Assembly: GCA_947600015.1 (NCBI GenBank)
Contig: CANQFX010000001.1
Span: forward strand, 1 to 56,920
From: an uncultured Bacilli bacterium
Lineage (GTDB): Bacteria > Bacillota_I > Bacilli_A > RF39 > UBA660
Reading direction: 5' to 3'
DNA length: 56,920 nucleotides
This document shows positions 8,361 to 16,660 of the stretch, one piece after another; position 1 is the stretch's first letter; the number at the start of each line of letters is the position of its first letter. Under the pieces are notes generated by a model. That model had not been told where the DNA came from. It searched no databases and saw nothing but the letters and a program-made list of their open reading frames with translations. Made by a program: the position numbers and the translations under genes.

Positions 8361-11300
8361 TTAGTCAAGACTATTCCCAAAATTATTATAAATTTTATCC
8401 AATAGTTCTACTAAATAATATACTGGATGTTTTTCAAGTTTTATAATATCTAAAACAATAATTAAATTACTACCTTTACTCATAAAGCGGAACATATTAG
8501 TAATAGAAAAAGCATCCATAAAAATCACTTCTGTATCAATTTTTTCTACTACACTACTAGGAAAAACAACTTCAATAGAATTTCTATTTTGATGAACATT
8601 TGAAATTTTTAATTTTTTAACTAATTTTTCAAACCACTCTTCATACATATAAATAATGATACTTTCCTCTAATTTACCAAATCGATCTTCTAATTCTACT
8701 TTTACTTCATCAAACTTTTCTTTAGAATCAATCTCATTAATTTTCTGATGAATTTCAATTTTCAATTCATCCTCATTAACATATGAATCATCTATGTGCG
8801 TAGTAACATTTAAAAGTGGTTTTGTATCAGTATCATCTTCTTCTTCACGTGATTCTATATTTTTCTTATGATTGATTTCTTCATTTAACATTTTCAAATA
8901 TAAATCGATTCCTACAGAATCAATAAAGCCTGCTTGCTCACTACCCAAAATATCTCCAGCTCCACGAATAGATAAATCACGAGTTGCGATAGAAAAACCG
9001 CTGCCTAATTCAGTAAATTCTTTAATTACATTTAATCTTTTAATCGCTGTTTCTGTAAGGCTTTTAAATGGCTGATACATCAAATATGCATAAGCAAATT
9101 TATCACTTCGCCCTACTCTACCCCTAATTTGATATAATTGACTTAATCCAAATCGATCCGCATCCAAAATAATTAATGTATTTACGTTTGGAATATCAAT
9201 ACCTGTTTCTATGATAGTAGTACAAACCAGTACATCATACTCATGATGAATAAAATCTAAAATTTTACCTTCTAATTCATTCTTTGTCATTTGTCCATGA
9301 GCACTCACAATCCTTGCTTCTGGTACCAAATTTTGTATCCGAAACATTGCTTCATCAATCGATTGCACACGGTTATATAAAACAAATACTTGTCCATTAC
9401 GAGATAATTCTTTATATATAGCATCTTTCAAAATCTGATCATTTTCTTCTACTACATAAGTTTGAATTGGATATCGATTTACAGGAGGAGTTTCAATGAG
9501 AGAAAGACTACGAATTCCTACCAAAGACATTTGTAAAGTTCTTGGGATAGGAGTAGCGGTTAAAGTTAATACATCAACATTCGTCTTATATTGTTTAATT
9601 TTTTCTTTATGTACTACACCAAAACGTTGTTCCTCATCAATAACAAGTAACCCTAGATTTTTTACTTTAACATCATCACTCAATAAACGATGTGTTCCAA
9701 AAACTAAATCAATCGTACCATTAGAAAGTCCTTCTAAAATTCTGTTCACCTCTTTTGGTGTAGTAAAACGATTTAATAAAGCAATAGAAACAGGAAAATC
9801 TTTAAACCGAATTTTTGCATTTTCATAATGTTGGTTAGATAAAATAGTAGTAGGACACAAAAATAGAACCTGTTTAGAATCTAAGATAGCTTTAAAAGCA
9901 GCAACAAATGCAACTTCCGTTTTCCCAAAACCTACATCACCACACAAAAGACGATCCATAGGAGTAGAAGATTCCATATCTTCCTTTATCTGTTGAATAG
10001 CCATGATTTGTCCCTTTGTGAGTTCATAAGGGAAGTTTTGTTCAAATTCCAATGACATGGCACAATCTTTAGAGAATGCAAAACCTTTTCTTGATTCTCT
10101 TTCTGCATATAAAGATAAAAGTTGATTGGCCAAATCTCCCACTTTTTTACGTACTCGTGCTTTTGTTTTCTGCCATTCTGTTCCACCTAATTTATGAATT
10201 TTAGGAACACTTCCTTCTTGAGAAGAATATTTGCATAGTAAATCTATTTTTTCGACAGGAATATAAATTTTATCCGTTCCTTGATATAAAACCTCAAGAT
10301 AATCTTTTGTAATGCCTGAAGAAGTCAAAGTTTTAATCCCATTATAAATTCCAATTCCATGTATATTATGAACAACATAATCTCCTACAGATAGTTTATT
10401 AATATCTTTAATACTTGTTGCATATTTAAATTTAGTATTATATTTCTTCTTTGTTTCGCGATTTAAAAATAATTCTTTTGCTGATAAAAACACAAAGTTT
10501 TGATAAATAAACCCCTCATTTATCTCTTTTTCAATTAAATTTACTTGCCCTATTTTTATGCTTTCTAATGTTGATTCTACTACTTTCATATTTAATTTTT
10601 TTACTAAACTACGTAATTGATAATTTTTTAAGCAAATAAGTATTGTTTTCCCCGTATCAATAGAATTGCGAATAAATTGATTAATCATCTCAACGTTTTC
10701 TGAAAATGGAGATATACTTTTTACATTAAAATTAACAATAGAGGAAATATCTTGATTCCTTGCCAAATTATCAATAGATAAATAATAAATAGGAAAAGAT
10801 GGTAAAATTTCATTAAAGGAAAACATATAATCAGAAGAGAAAGAAACGTCCTTACTTTCTTTATATGTAGCAACTTCGTTCATAATATTACCATAACTAA
10901 TTTTTAATTGTTCATAATCTTTAAAAATCGTAATAGGTTGTTCTAAATAATCATAAATAGAATTAACTTTCCCATATACTTTCAAATATTTTTGTTTTCC
11001 AAAATGTTCTTCCTTTACTTCCTTTTCTACTAAGAATTCGAAATAAGGTTTGATTTTAACTTGATTTAATTTTTTGATTGATTTTTGAGTTTCAGGATCA
11101 AAAGAGCGTATTTCTTCTATTTCATCATCAAAGAATTCAATACGGATTGGATTTTCTTCATCTATTGGAAAAACATCTACAATAAATCCACGAACCCCAA
11201 TCTCCCCTGTTTTATTTACAATCGTATCTCTTGTATATCCACTCATAATAAGTTTTTCTACTAATTTTTGAGGAGAAATATGATTTCCCACTTCCAATTC

Positions 11301-11678
11301 TAATAAATAATTTTTATAAACCTGTTTCTGTGGTAAAAATCGCAAATACCCCATTAAATTTGTAATAACAATTTTTTTATCATCATAAAATGTATGATTT
11401 AAAGTATCTAATCTTCGAATTTTCAAATCAGGACTAATTGCCAAAGCCTCACTCGTTAAAAAATCATCCATAGGAAAAAGATAACATTGCTCTGTATAAT
11501 TTTTTAAAGAAGAATAAAGTTGATTTGCTTCATATAGTGAATTCACAACAACTAAAATATCTTTATTTTCCTGGCTTAACATCTTAGTTAAATACAAACA
11601 AAAAAATTCATTGGTAAGACCAACCATACCCATGTTCTTTTTTATATCAATAGAAATCATTTGATCAAAAACATTCAT
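8361..11678 (-). CDS. mfd: Transcription-repair coupling factor Mfd
   Basis: 1105 aa. Helicase motifs GDVGFGKTEVA, DEEQRFGV and QLYQIRGRVGRS. pth-mfd-spoVT synteny. Confidence 0.95.
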   Translation of the reverse strand: MNVFDQMISIDIKKNMGMVGLTNEFFCLYLTKMLSQENKDILVVVNSLYEANQLYSSLKNYTEQCYLFPMDDFLTSEALAISPDLKIRRLDTLNHTFYDDKKIVITNLMGYLRFLPQKQVYKNYLLELEVGNHISPQKLVEKLIMSGYTRDTIVNKTGEIGVRGFIVDVFPIDEENPIRIEFFDDEIEEIRSFDPETQKSIKKLNQVKIKPYFEFLVEKEVKEEHFGKQKYLKVYGKVNSIYDYLEQPITIFKDYEQLKISYGNIMNEVATYKESKDVSFSSDYMFSFNEILPSFPIYYLSIDNLARNQDISSIVNFNVKSISPFSENVEMINQFIRNSIDTGKTILICLKNYQLRSLVKKLNMKVVESTLESIKIGQVNLIEKEINEGFIYQNFVFLSAKELFLNRETKKKYNTKFKYATSIKDINKLSVGDYVVHNIHGIGIYNGIKTLTSSGITKDYLEVLYQGTDKIYIPVEKIDLLCKYSSQEGSVPKIHKLGGTEWQKTKARVRKKVGDLANQLLSLYAERESRKGFAFSKDCAMSLEFEQNFPYELTKGQIMAIQQIKEDMESSTPMDRLLCGDVGFGKTEVAFVAAFKAILDSKQVLFLCPTTILSNQHYENAKIRFKDFPVSIALLNRFTTPKEVNRILEGLSNGTIDLVFGTHRLLSDDVKVKNLGLLVIDEEQRFGVVHKEKIKQYKTNVDVLTLTATPIPRTLQMSLVGIRSLSLIETPPVNRYPIQTYVVEENDQILKDAIYKELSRNGQVFVLYNRVQSIDEAMFRIQNLVPEARIVSAHGQMTKNELEGKILDFIHHEYDVLVCTTIIETGIDIPNVNTLIILDADRFGLSQLYQIRGRVGRSDKFAYAYLMYQPFKSLTETAIKRLNVIKEFTELGSGFSIATRDLSIRGAGDILGSEQAGFIDSVGIDLYLKMLNEEINHKKNIESREEEDDTDTKPLLNVTTHIDDSYVNEDELKIEIHQKINEIDSKEKFDEVKVELEDRFGKLEESIIIYMYEEWFEKLVKKLKISNVHQNRNSIEVVFPSSVVEKIDTEVIFMDAFSITNMFRFMSKGSNLIIVLDIIKLEKHPVYYLVELLDKIYNNFGNSLD

Positions 11679-11682
11679 AATA

Positions 11683-12255
11683 TCACCTATTTTTTTGATT
11701 GTATTTACTCATTAAATCTTCAAAAGAAATCAAAAAGTAATCATCTAAAATTTGATTGAAAGAACAATATAGATTTTCATAAATATCCTGTTCTTTTTTT
11801 GAAAATTTACCCAGTACATAATCTTTTGTTTCCATTGCTTTATTATTAGAAATTCCTATTTTTAATCTTTTATACTGGTTTGTTCCAAGAGCCTGTTCAA
11901 TACTTTTTAAACCATTATGCCCACCACTAGAACCTTGACTTTTTAATTTAAAATTTCCTACTAATAAATCTAAATCATCAGAAATAATTAAAATATCAGA
12001 AATATCAATTTTAAAAAAGTGAACAAAACTTTCCACAACTCCTCCAGAAAGATTCATATAGGAAAGTGGCTTCAAAAAAATTACTTTCTGATGATATAAT
12101 GTTGTTTCTAAATATAATCCATTAAATTTATTTTTCCACACAAGATTCGGAATATTCTTATAATTAATATATTGATCCACCACCTGAAACCCTATATTAT
12201 GTCTAGTCTTTTCATATTCTCGTCCTGGATTTCCAAGTCCTACAATTAATTTCAT
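11683..12255 (-). CDS. pth: Peptidyl-tRNA hydrolase
   Basis: MKLIVGLGNPGREYEKTRHNIGF. 190 aa. Confidence 0.95.
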   Translation of the reverse strand: MKLIVGLGNPGREYEKTRHNIGFQVVDQYINYKNIPNLVWKNKFNGLYLETTLYHQKVIFLKPLSYMNLSGGVVESFVHFFKIDISDILIISDDLDLLVGNFKLKSQGSSGGHNGLKSIEQALGTNQYKRLKIGISNNKAMETKDYVLGKFSKKEQDIYENLYCSFNQILDDYFLISFEDLMSKYNQKNR

Positions 12256-12275
12256 CTAAATCACCTCAATTAAAT

Positions 12276-12291
12276 TATTTCCCGGGAAATA
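12276..12291. other. Noc-binding site (NBS), perfect 16-mer TATTTCCCGGGAAATA
   Basis: Exact match to the published B. subtilis NBS palindrome (core ATTTCCCGGGAAAT). It sits inside a 24-bp perfect palindrome (12272..12295) between the rsmI stop and the pth RBS. Confidence 0.75.
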
Positions 12292-12294
12292 ATT

Positions 12295-13134
12295 TTATTT
12301 ATTTTTATAATATTCTTGATAAACAACTGATTTTGCTACATTTCTTTCTTTCGCAACTATTTTCATTGCTTCTTTTTCACTACAACCATCCTCTAAATAT
12401 ATTTTCATATGCTCCATAATGGATAGATTTTGATAATTTACAATTTCCTGATTTCCTTCTACAATTAGTACAAATTCACCTTTTAATTGTTCTATAATTG
12501 GAATTAATTCATCAATTTTTCCACGAATTATCTCTTCATACATTTTAGAAATTTCTCTATGAAGACTAATTCTTCGATTTCCAAAAATAGAAAGCATATT
12601 AGAAAGAGTGTTTTTTATCCTATGAGGAGCTTCATAAAATATCATTGTATATTTTACCGATTTTAACAACTCTAACTCTTTTATTTGTTTTGAATTTTTT
12701 GAATTTAAAAAACCATAAAATAAGAAAGGTGATGGATTTATCCCAGATGAAATCAAAGCCGGAACAAAGGCAGTTGCACCAGGAAGACCAATTACATGAC
12801 AGCCATAAGCAAGTGCCTCAGATACAACTACATAGCCTGGATCGCTAATAATTGGAGTTCCTTGATCTGTTACAAGGGCAATGTTTTTTCCATTTTGAAG
12901 TTGTTTGACTACATCTGTTTTTATCTTATCTTCATTAAATTCATGACAACTAACCAATCTCTTTTTAATTTCATATTTATTTAACAATTTACTAGTTTCT
13001 CTAGTATCTTCACATAAAATAAAATCCACCATTTTTAATATATTTAATGCTCGAATCGTAATGTCCTCTAAATTTCCAATAGGAGTAGGAACTAAATATA
13101 AACTTGCACTTCCATCATAACTTTTTTGTTTCAT
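12295..13134 (-). CDS. rsmI: 16S rRNA (cytidine1402-2'-O)-methyltransferase RsmI (YabC)
   Basis: LYLVPTPIGNLEDITIRAL...CEDTR is the tetrapyrrole-methylase-fold RsmI signature. Confidence 0.9.
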   Translation of the reverse strand: MKQKSYDGSASLYLVPTPIGNLEDITIRALNILKMVDFILCEDTRETSKLLNKYEIKKRLVSCHEFNEDKIKTDVVKQLQNGKNIALVTDQGTPIISDPGYVVVSEALAYGCHVIGLPGATAFVPALISSGINPSPFLFYGFLNSKNSKQIKELELLKSVKYTMIFYEAPHRIKNTLSNMLSIFGNRRISLHREISKMYEEIIRGKIDELIPIIEQLKGEFVLIVEGNQEIVNYQNLSIMEHMKIYLEDGCSEKEAMKIVAKERNVAKSVVYQEYYKNK

Positions 13135-13862
13135 GATTTCACCTCAACTAATAACTGTGAATATTCCTCTGTTTTTTCACCATTTTCCTTATACAAAAGA
13201 AAAGGGGCTTCTATCTTTAAACCTATTTTTCCACCTTTTTGTCCCTCAATTAAAACTAGATTAGATTCCTTCAATGGATTTTCATAAACAAAGCGAATTC
13301 GTTTAGGTTCAATTCCATTTTTCCGAAACAAAGAAAAAATTTCGAGTAATCTTTCGGAGCGGTGAACCATAGCAAAATTTCCTCCATTTTTCAATATTTT
13401 TTTTACAACAATAATCATTTCTTCTAATGTTAATTTTAACTCATGTCGTGCTATGGTTTGTTCTAAACTATTTTTGAAAAAATTTTTCTCATTAATTTTA
13501 AAGTAAGGTGGATTGCACGTTACTAAATCGTATTGTTCTATATTTTCTTGTGTTACAAAATCTTTCACATCCATAGAAAGAATAGAAATTTGTTGTTCTA
13601 AATGATTCAATGATACAGACTTTTGAGCTAACAAACTAATTTTTTCTTGTAATTCTATTCCAAGAATTGGTTTTGTTGTCCTTAAAGACATAATAAGAGG
13701 AATAATTGCATTCCCAGTACATAAATCAACTATTTTTTTATCTCTTTTACGAATGGTTACAAAATTAGCAAGCATAATACTATCTAATGAAAAAGAAAAA
13801 TATTCTGAATCTTGATAAATTTTTCGATTTTTATATCCTAAAATATCATGCAAGACTTCCAT
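13131..13862 (-). CDS. SAM-dependent N6-adenine methyltransferase, YabB/TrmN6-like
   Basis: Contains an NPPY motif (TCNPPYFK) and a SAM-binding DLCTGNA. It occupies the position of yabB, upstream of rsmI. Confidence 0.75.
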   Translation of the reverse strand: MEVLHDILGYKNRKIYQDSEYFSFSLDSIMLANFVTIRKRDKKIVDLCTGNAIIPLIMSLRTTKPILGIELQEKISLLAQKSVSLNHLEQQISILSMDVKDFVTQENIEQYDLVTCNPPYFKINEKNFFKNSLEQTIARHELKLTLEEMIIVVKKILKNGGNFAMVHRSERLLEIFSLFRKNGIEPKRIRFVYENPLKESNLVLIEGQKGGKIGLKIEAPFLLYKENGEKTEEYSQLLVEVKS

Positions 13863-14649
13863 TTTTTTCTTCCTTTGAAATATTAATTATTCCTTTATTT
13901 TCTATTTCTACTTGATAAGATTCTTTTAACACATCAAGTGCTACTACTTTACCTTTACCTTCTGGTGTATCAACAATTGTTCCAATTTTTGGCAAATTCT
14001 TTTTTAACTTGCTATAAGTTTCATTTTCATAACCTAAGCAACATAATAATCTTCCACACACGCCATTAATTTTTGAAGGATTTAGAGCTAATAATTGATT
14101 TTTTGCCATATTAATAGATACACTATTAAAATCAGTTAAAAAGGAATTACAACATAAAAACAAGCCACAAGGTCCCAATCCGCCTATTCTTTTTGATTTA
14201 TCTCGTACACCTATTTGTCTTAATTCAATTCTAGTTTTATATTTTTGTGCTAATTTTTTTGCTAAATCACGAAAATCAACTCGGTTTTCTGCAACAAAAG
14301 AGAAAATCAATTGACTACGATCTAAATTATAAAAAGAATCAACAAAGTTCATATCAAGCAATAAATCTTTACTATATCTTTTTGCATCATTCAATGCTTC
14401 AGAAGCCTCATTCTCATTATTTTGTAATTGTTCTTGATCCTTTTCTGTAGCAATTCGTACTACTTTTTCCAATGGCAATAACAAATTTTTCTTGTTTTCT
14501 TCATAATTTTCTTGAATTACATTACCAATAAGTAAGCCATTTTCTGTTTCGATTACCACTTTTTCTCCTTTTTTTAAAGATAAAGAATTAGGAGATAAAT
14601 AATAGATATTTTTTGTATATTCCACACGAACAACAACAACCTCAATCAT
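13846..14649 (-). CDS. ricT: PSP1-domain protein RicT/YaaT
   Basis: Cys clusters GPCGLFLCC and GVCGRLLCCL. holB-yaaT synteny. The start is trimmed from TTG 14664 to ATG 14649, behind a GAGG RBS. Confidence 0.85.
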   Translation of the reverse strand: MIEVVVVRVEYTKNIYYLSPNSLSLKKGEKVVIETENGLLIGNVIQENYEENKKNLLLPLEKVVRIATEKDQEQLQNNENEASEALNDAKRYSKDLLLDMNFVDSFYNLDRSQLIFSFVAENRVDFRDLAKKLAQKYKTRIELRQIGVRDKSKRIGGLGPCGLFLCCNSFLTDFNSVSINMAKNQLLALNPSKINGVCGRLLCCLGYENETYSKLKKNLPKIGTIVDTPEGKGKVVALDVLKESYQVEIENKGIINISKEEKNGSLA

Positions 14650-14653
14650 AACC

Positions 14654-15514
14654 TCACACTCCAATCAATCGGGCAAATAAAGAATCTAACCACAATTTAT
14701 AATTCACATTATACACTAATTTTTCTTTTTCTTCTTCTAAAATTTGAATAATTTTGACAATTTGCTGCATATTCGTATTTTTAAAAGCACTAATAATTTG
14801 TTCTGTTGATGAAAATTGTGCAGAATCAGAACAATAGTTTAAATAATCAATACAAATATTTTCAATTTCAAAAATCATTGTTTTGGTTGTTTCCTTATCT
14901 ATCAGTATTTGTTCTAATATTTCCGAATAATGAATAAATAAACTTTCTTTTTCTAACATATACTTTAATAATAAAAAAGCATTATCAGAAAAAGAGGATG
15001 ATAATTGCGATTCTTTAAGAGAAAGAATTTGGCAGCGAGACAAAATTGTTTCTAATATTTGATAACGATTTGTAGTCACCAAAATTGCAATAATATCTTC
15101 CTCAGGTTCCTCTAAAAATTTTAAAATTGTATTTGCAGAAGAACTATTCAATTTATCCGCCTGTTTGATAATATAAATTCTTTTATTATTCAACATAGAT
15201 TTATTTTGATATTCTGATTTTAATTCCATTAATTGATTTCTTTTAATCCATTGTCCTTCTGGTTCAATTACCATTAAATCGGGGTATTGTCCATTATCAA
15301 TTAAATGACAAAGATTACAAGAAGAGCAAGAAGGATCGAAAACCATATTCTTTTGCTTTTTACATAATATCATTTTTACAAAAGTATAAATATAAGACAT
15401 ATCTGTATCATAATTATCAATTTCAATTAAATAAGCATGAGATAATTTATCTAAAGCAAAAAAATTTTGAATAATATCAAAAAATTGTTTCTTATTTGTA
15501 GATAGACTTTCCAT
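14654..15514 (-). CDS. holB: DNA polymerase III delta' subunit
   Basis: 286 aa. AAA+-like, with LSHAYLI, a Zn-module-like CSSCNLC, and KFLEEPE...SRCQ. Confidence 0.8.
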   Translation of the reverse strand: MESLSTNKKQFFDIIQNFFALDKLSHAYLIEIDNYDTDMSYIYTFVKMILCKKQKNMVFDPSCSSCNLCHLIDNGQYPDLMVIEPEGQWIKRNQLMELKSEYQNKSMLNNKRIYIIKQADKLNSSSANTILKFLEEPEEDIIAILVTTNRYQILETILSRCQILSLKESQLSSSFSDNAFLLLKYMLEKESLFIHYSEILEQILIDKETTKTMIFEIENICIDYLNYCSDSAQFSSTEQIISAFKNTNMQQIVKIIQILEEEKEKLVYNVNYKLWLDSLFARLIGV

Positions 15515-15521
15515 TTTAACC

Positions 15522-15707
15522 TCACAATATTAATATTTTGAATAAAACTAAAGCAACAAGAGAAGGAGCACCTAAAAAAGTAAGAAGTAATATACTAAAT
15601 AAATTAATAGGAATCATCATATTAAAATTAACAGCAATCAAATTATAACCATATAGTATAACAGCACTTAAAATAATATTTCGAATAAAACATAAAATTT
15701 TTTGCAT
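15522..15707 (-). CDS. bofA: BofA-family pro-sigmaK processing inhibitor (short)
   Basis: 61 aa with two TM segments. The C-terminal IPINLFSILLLTFLGAPSLVALVLFKILIL resembles B. subtilis BofA VPINLVTTAISGILGIPGIAALVVIKQFII (from memory). recR-bofA synteny. Confidence 0.7.
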   Translation of the reverse strand: MQKILCFIRNIILSAVILYGYNLIAVNFNMMIPINLFSILLLTFLGAPSLVALVLFKILIL

Positions 15708-15750
15708 TGTTTCACCTCTTTGTTAAAAGATTATGAAACAAGAAAAACGA

Positions 15751-16347
15751 TTATTCTATTTCTTTTCTATCATTTAAAGCTCGCTCCAAAGTTAAACTAT
15801 CAACATATTCCATATCTGCTCCTATTGGAACACCACTTGCAAGCCGTGTCACAGTAATATTCATACCTTCTAAAATTTTTTTGATATATAATGAAGTCGT
15901 TTCCCCTTCAATACTTGGCTTAAGTGCAAAAATAATCTCATGAAACTTTTCTTTATTAATACGATCAAGTAATTTTTCAATGCCAATATCTTCTGGATTT
16001 ACCCCATCTAAAGGAGAAATCAACCCATCTAATACATGATATTTCCCATGAAAAGTAGCTAGTTTTTCAAATAAAAACACATTTCTAGTATCTTCCACAA
16101 CACATAATACCGTTGTATCCCTAGTAGAATCACTGCATATATTACATAAATCTTGATCTGTTAATGTATTACAATTTTTACATTTATGAATTTGCTGTTT
16201 CACATTTTTTATACTATCGGAAAAAAGATTTGTTTGTTCTACTTCTAAATCTAAAATAGAAAAAGCTAATCGTTCAGCAGTTTTTTCTCCTATCCCAGGC
16301 AAAAACTTAAAACATTCAATTAAATCTTTTATACTTTTTGGATACAT
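15751..16347 (-). CDS. recR: Recombination protein RecR
   Basis: HhH motif LPGIGEKTAERLAF, zinc finger CKNCNTLTDQDLCNIC, and a Toprim domain. Confidence 0.95.
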   Translation of the reverse strand: MYPKSIKDLIECFKFLPGIGEKTAERLAFSILDLEVEQTNLFSDSIKNVKQQIHKCKNCNTLTDQDLCNICSDSTRDTTVLCVVEDTRNVFLFEKLATFHGKYHVLDGLISPLDGVNPEDIGIEKLLDRINKEKFHEIIFALKPSIEGETTSLYIKKILEGMNITVTRLASGVPIGADMEYVDSLTLERALNDRKEIE

Positions 16348-16353
16348 ATTTAA

Positions 16354-16647
16354 TTAAAACAATCCTGGTATATTTCCAAATTTTCCCATTTTCTTTTCCG
16401 TAGCATCATCTACTTTTTGATTAGCATCATTAATTGCAATTAAAATCATATCTTCTAATATTTCTAAATCATCTATATCTACTTCGTCCCTATTGATTTC
16501 TACTTTAATTACTTTTTTTGTTCCTAAAACCGTAACTTTTACAAGTGCACTTTCTCCAATAAATTCTGTTTTATCGATTTCTTCTTTTATTTGCATCATT
16601 TCCTTTTGTAAAGATTGTGCTTGTTTCATCATTGCTTGAATATTCAT
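16354..16647 (-). CDS. ybaB: Nucleoid-associated protein YbaB/EbfC (YaaK)
   Basis: 97 aa, MMKQAQSLQKEM...GKFGNIPGLF. dnaX-ybaB-recR synteny. Confidence 0.9.
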   Translation of the reverse strand: MNIQAMMKQAQSLQKEMMQIKEEIDKTEFIGESALVKVTVLGTKKVIKVEINRDEVDIDDLEILEDMILIAINDANQKVDDATEKKMGKFGNIPGLF

Positions 16648-16660
16648 ATAAATTCCTCCT

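Noticed and set aside
8846-8851. Additional CACGTG cores (8846-8851 in mfd, 22334-22339 in gyrB) as possible parS sites
   Set aside because: The flanks do not match TGTT/AACA (TTCTTCACGTGATTCT and TTAATTCACGTGCTTTT). They are chance hexamers.
9496-9828. 110-aa plus-strand ORF inside mfd, together with similar antisense ORFs at 8872-9075, 46951-47340, 52882-53190, 37709-38072, 39263-39562, 31220-31649 and 43382-43615
   Set aside because: All lie antisense to or out of frame with strongly supported genes. They are the usual long shadow frames of AT-rich coding DNA, with no RBS or motif evidence.
12272-12295. Reading the CCCGGG palindromes as REP-like repeats, miniature mobile elements or simple terminators
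   Set aside because: All three copies match the published Noc-binding 16-mer exactly. One copy lies in frame inside dnaX, and a Noc orthologue with matching specificity residues is encoded in the window. A secondary RNA-hairpin role for the intergenic copies remains possible.
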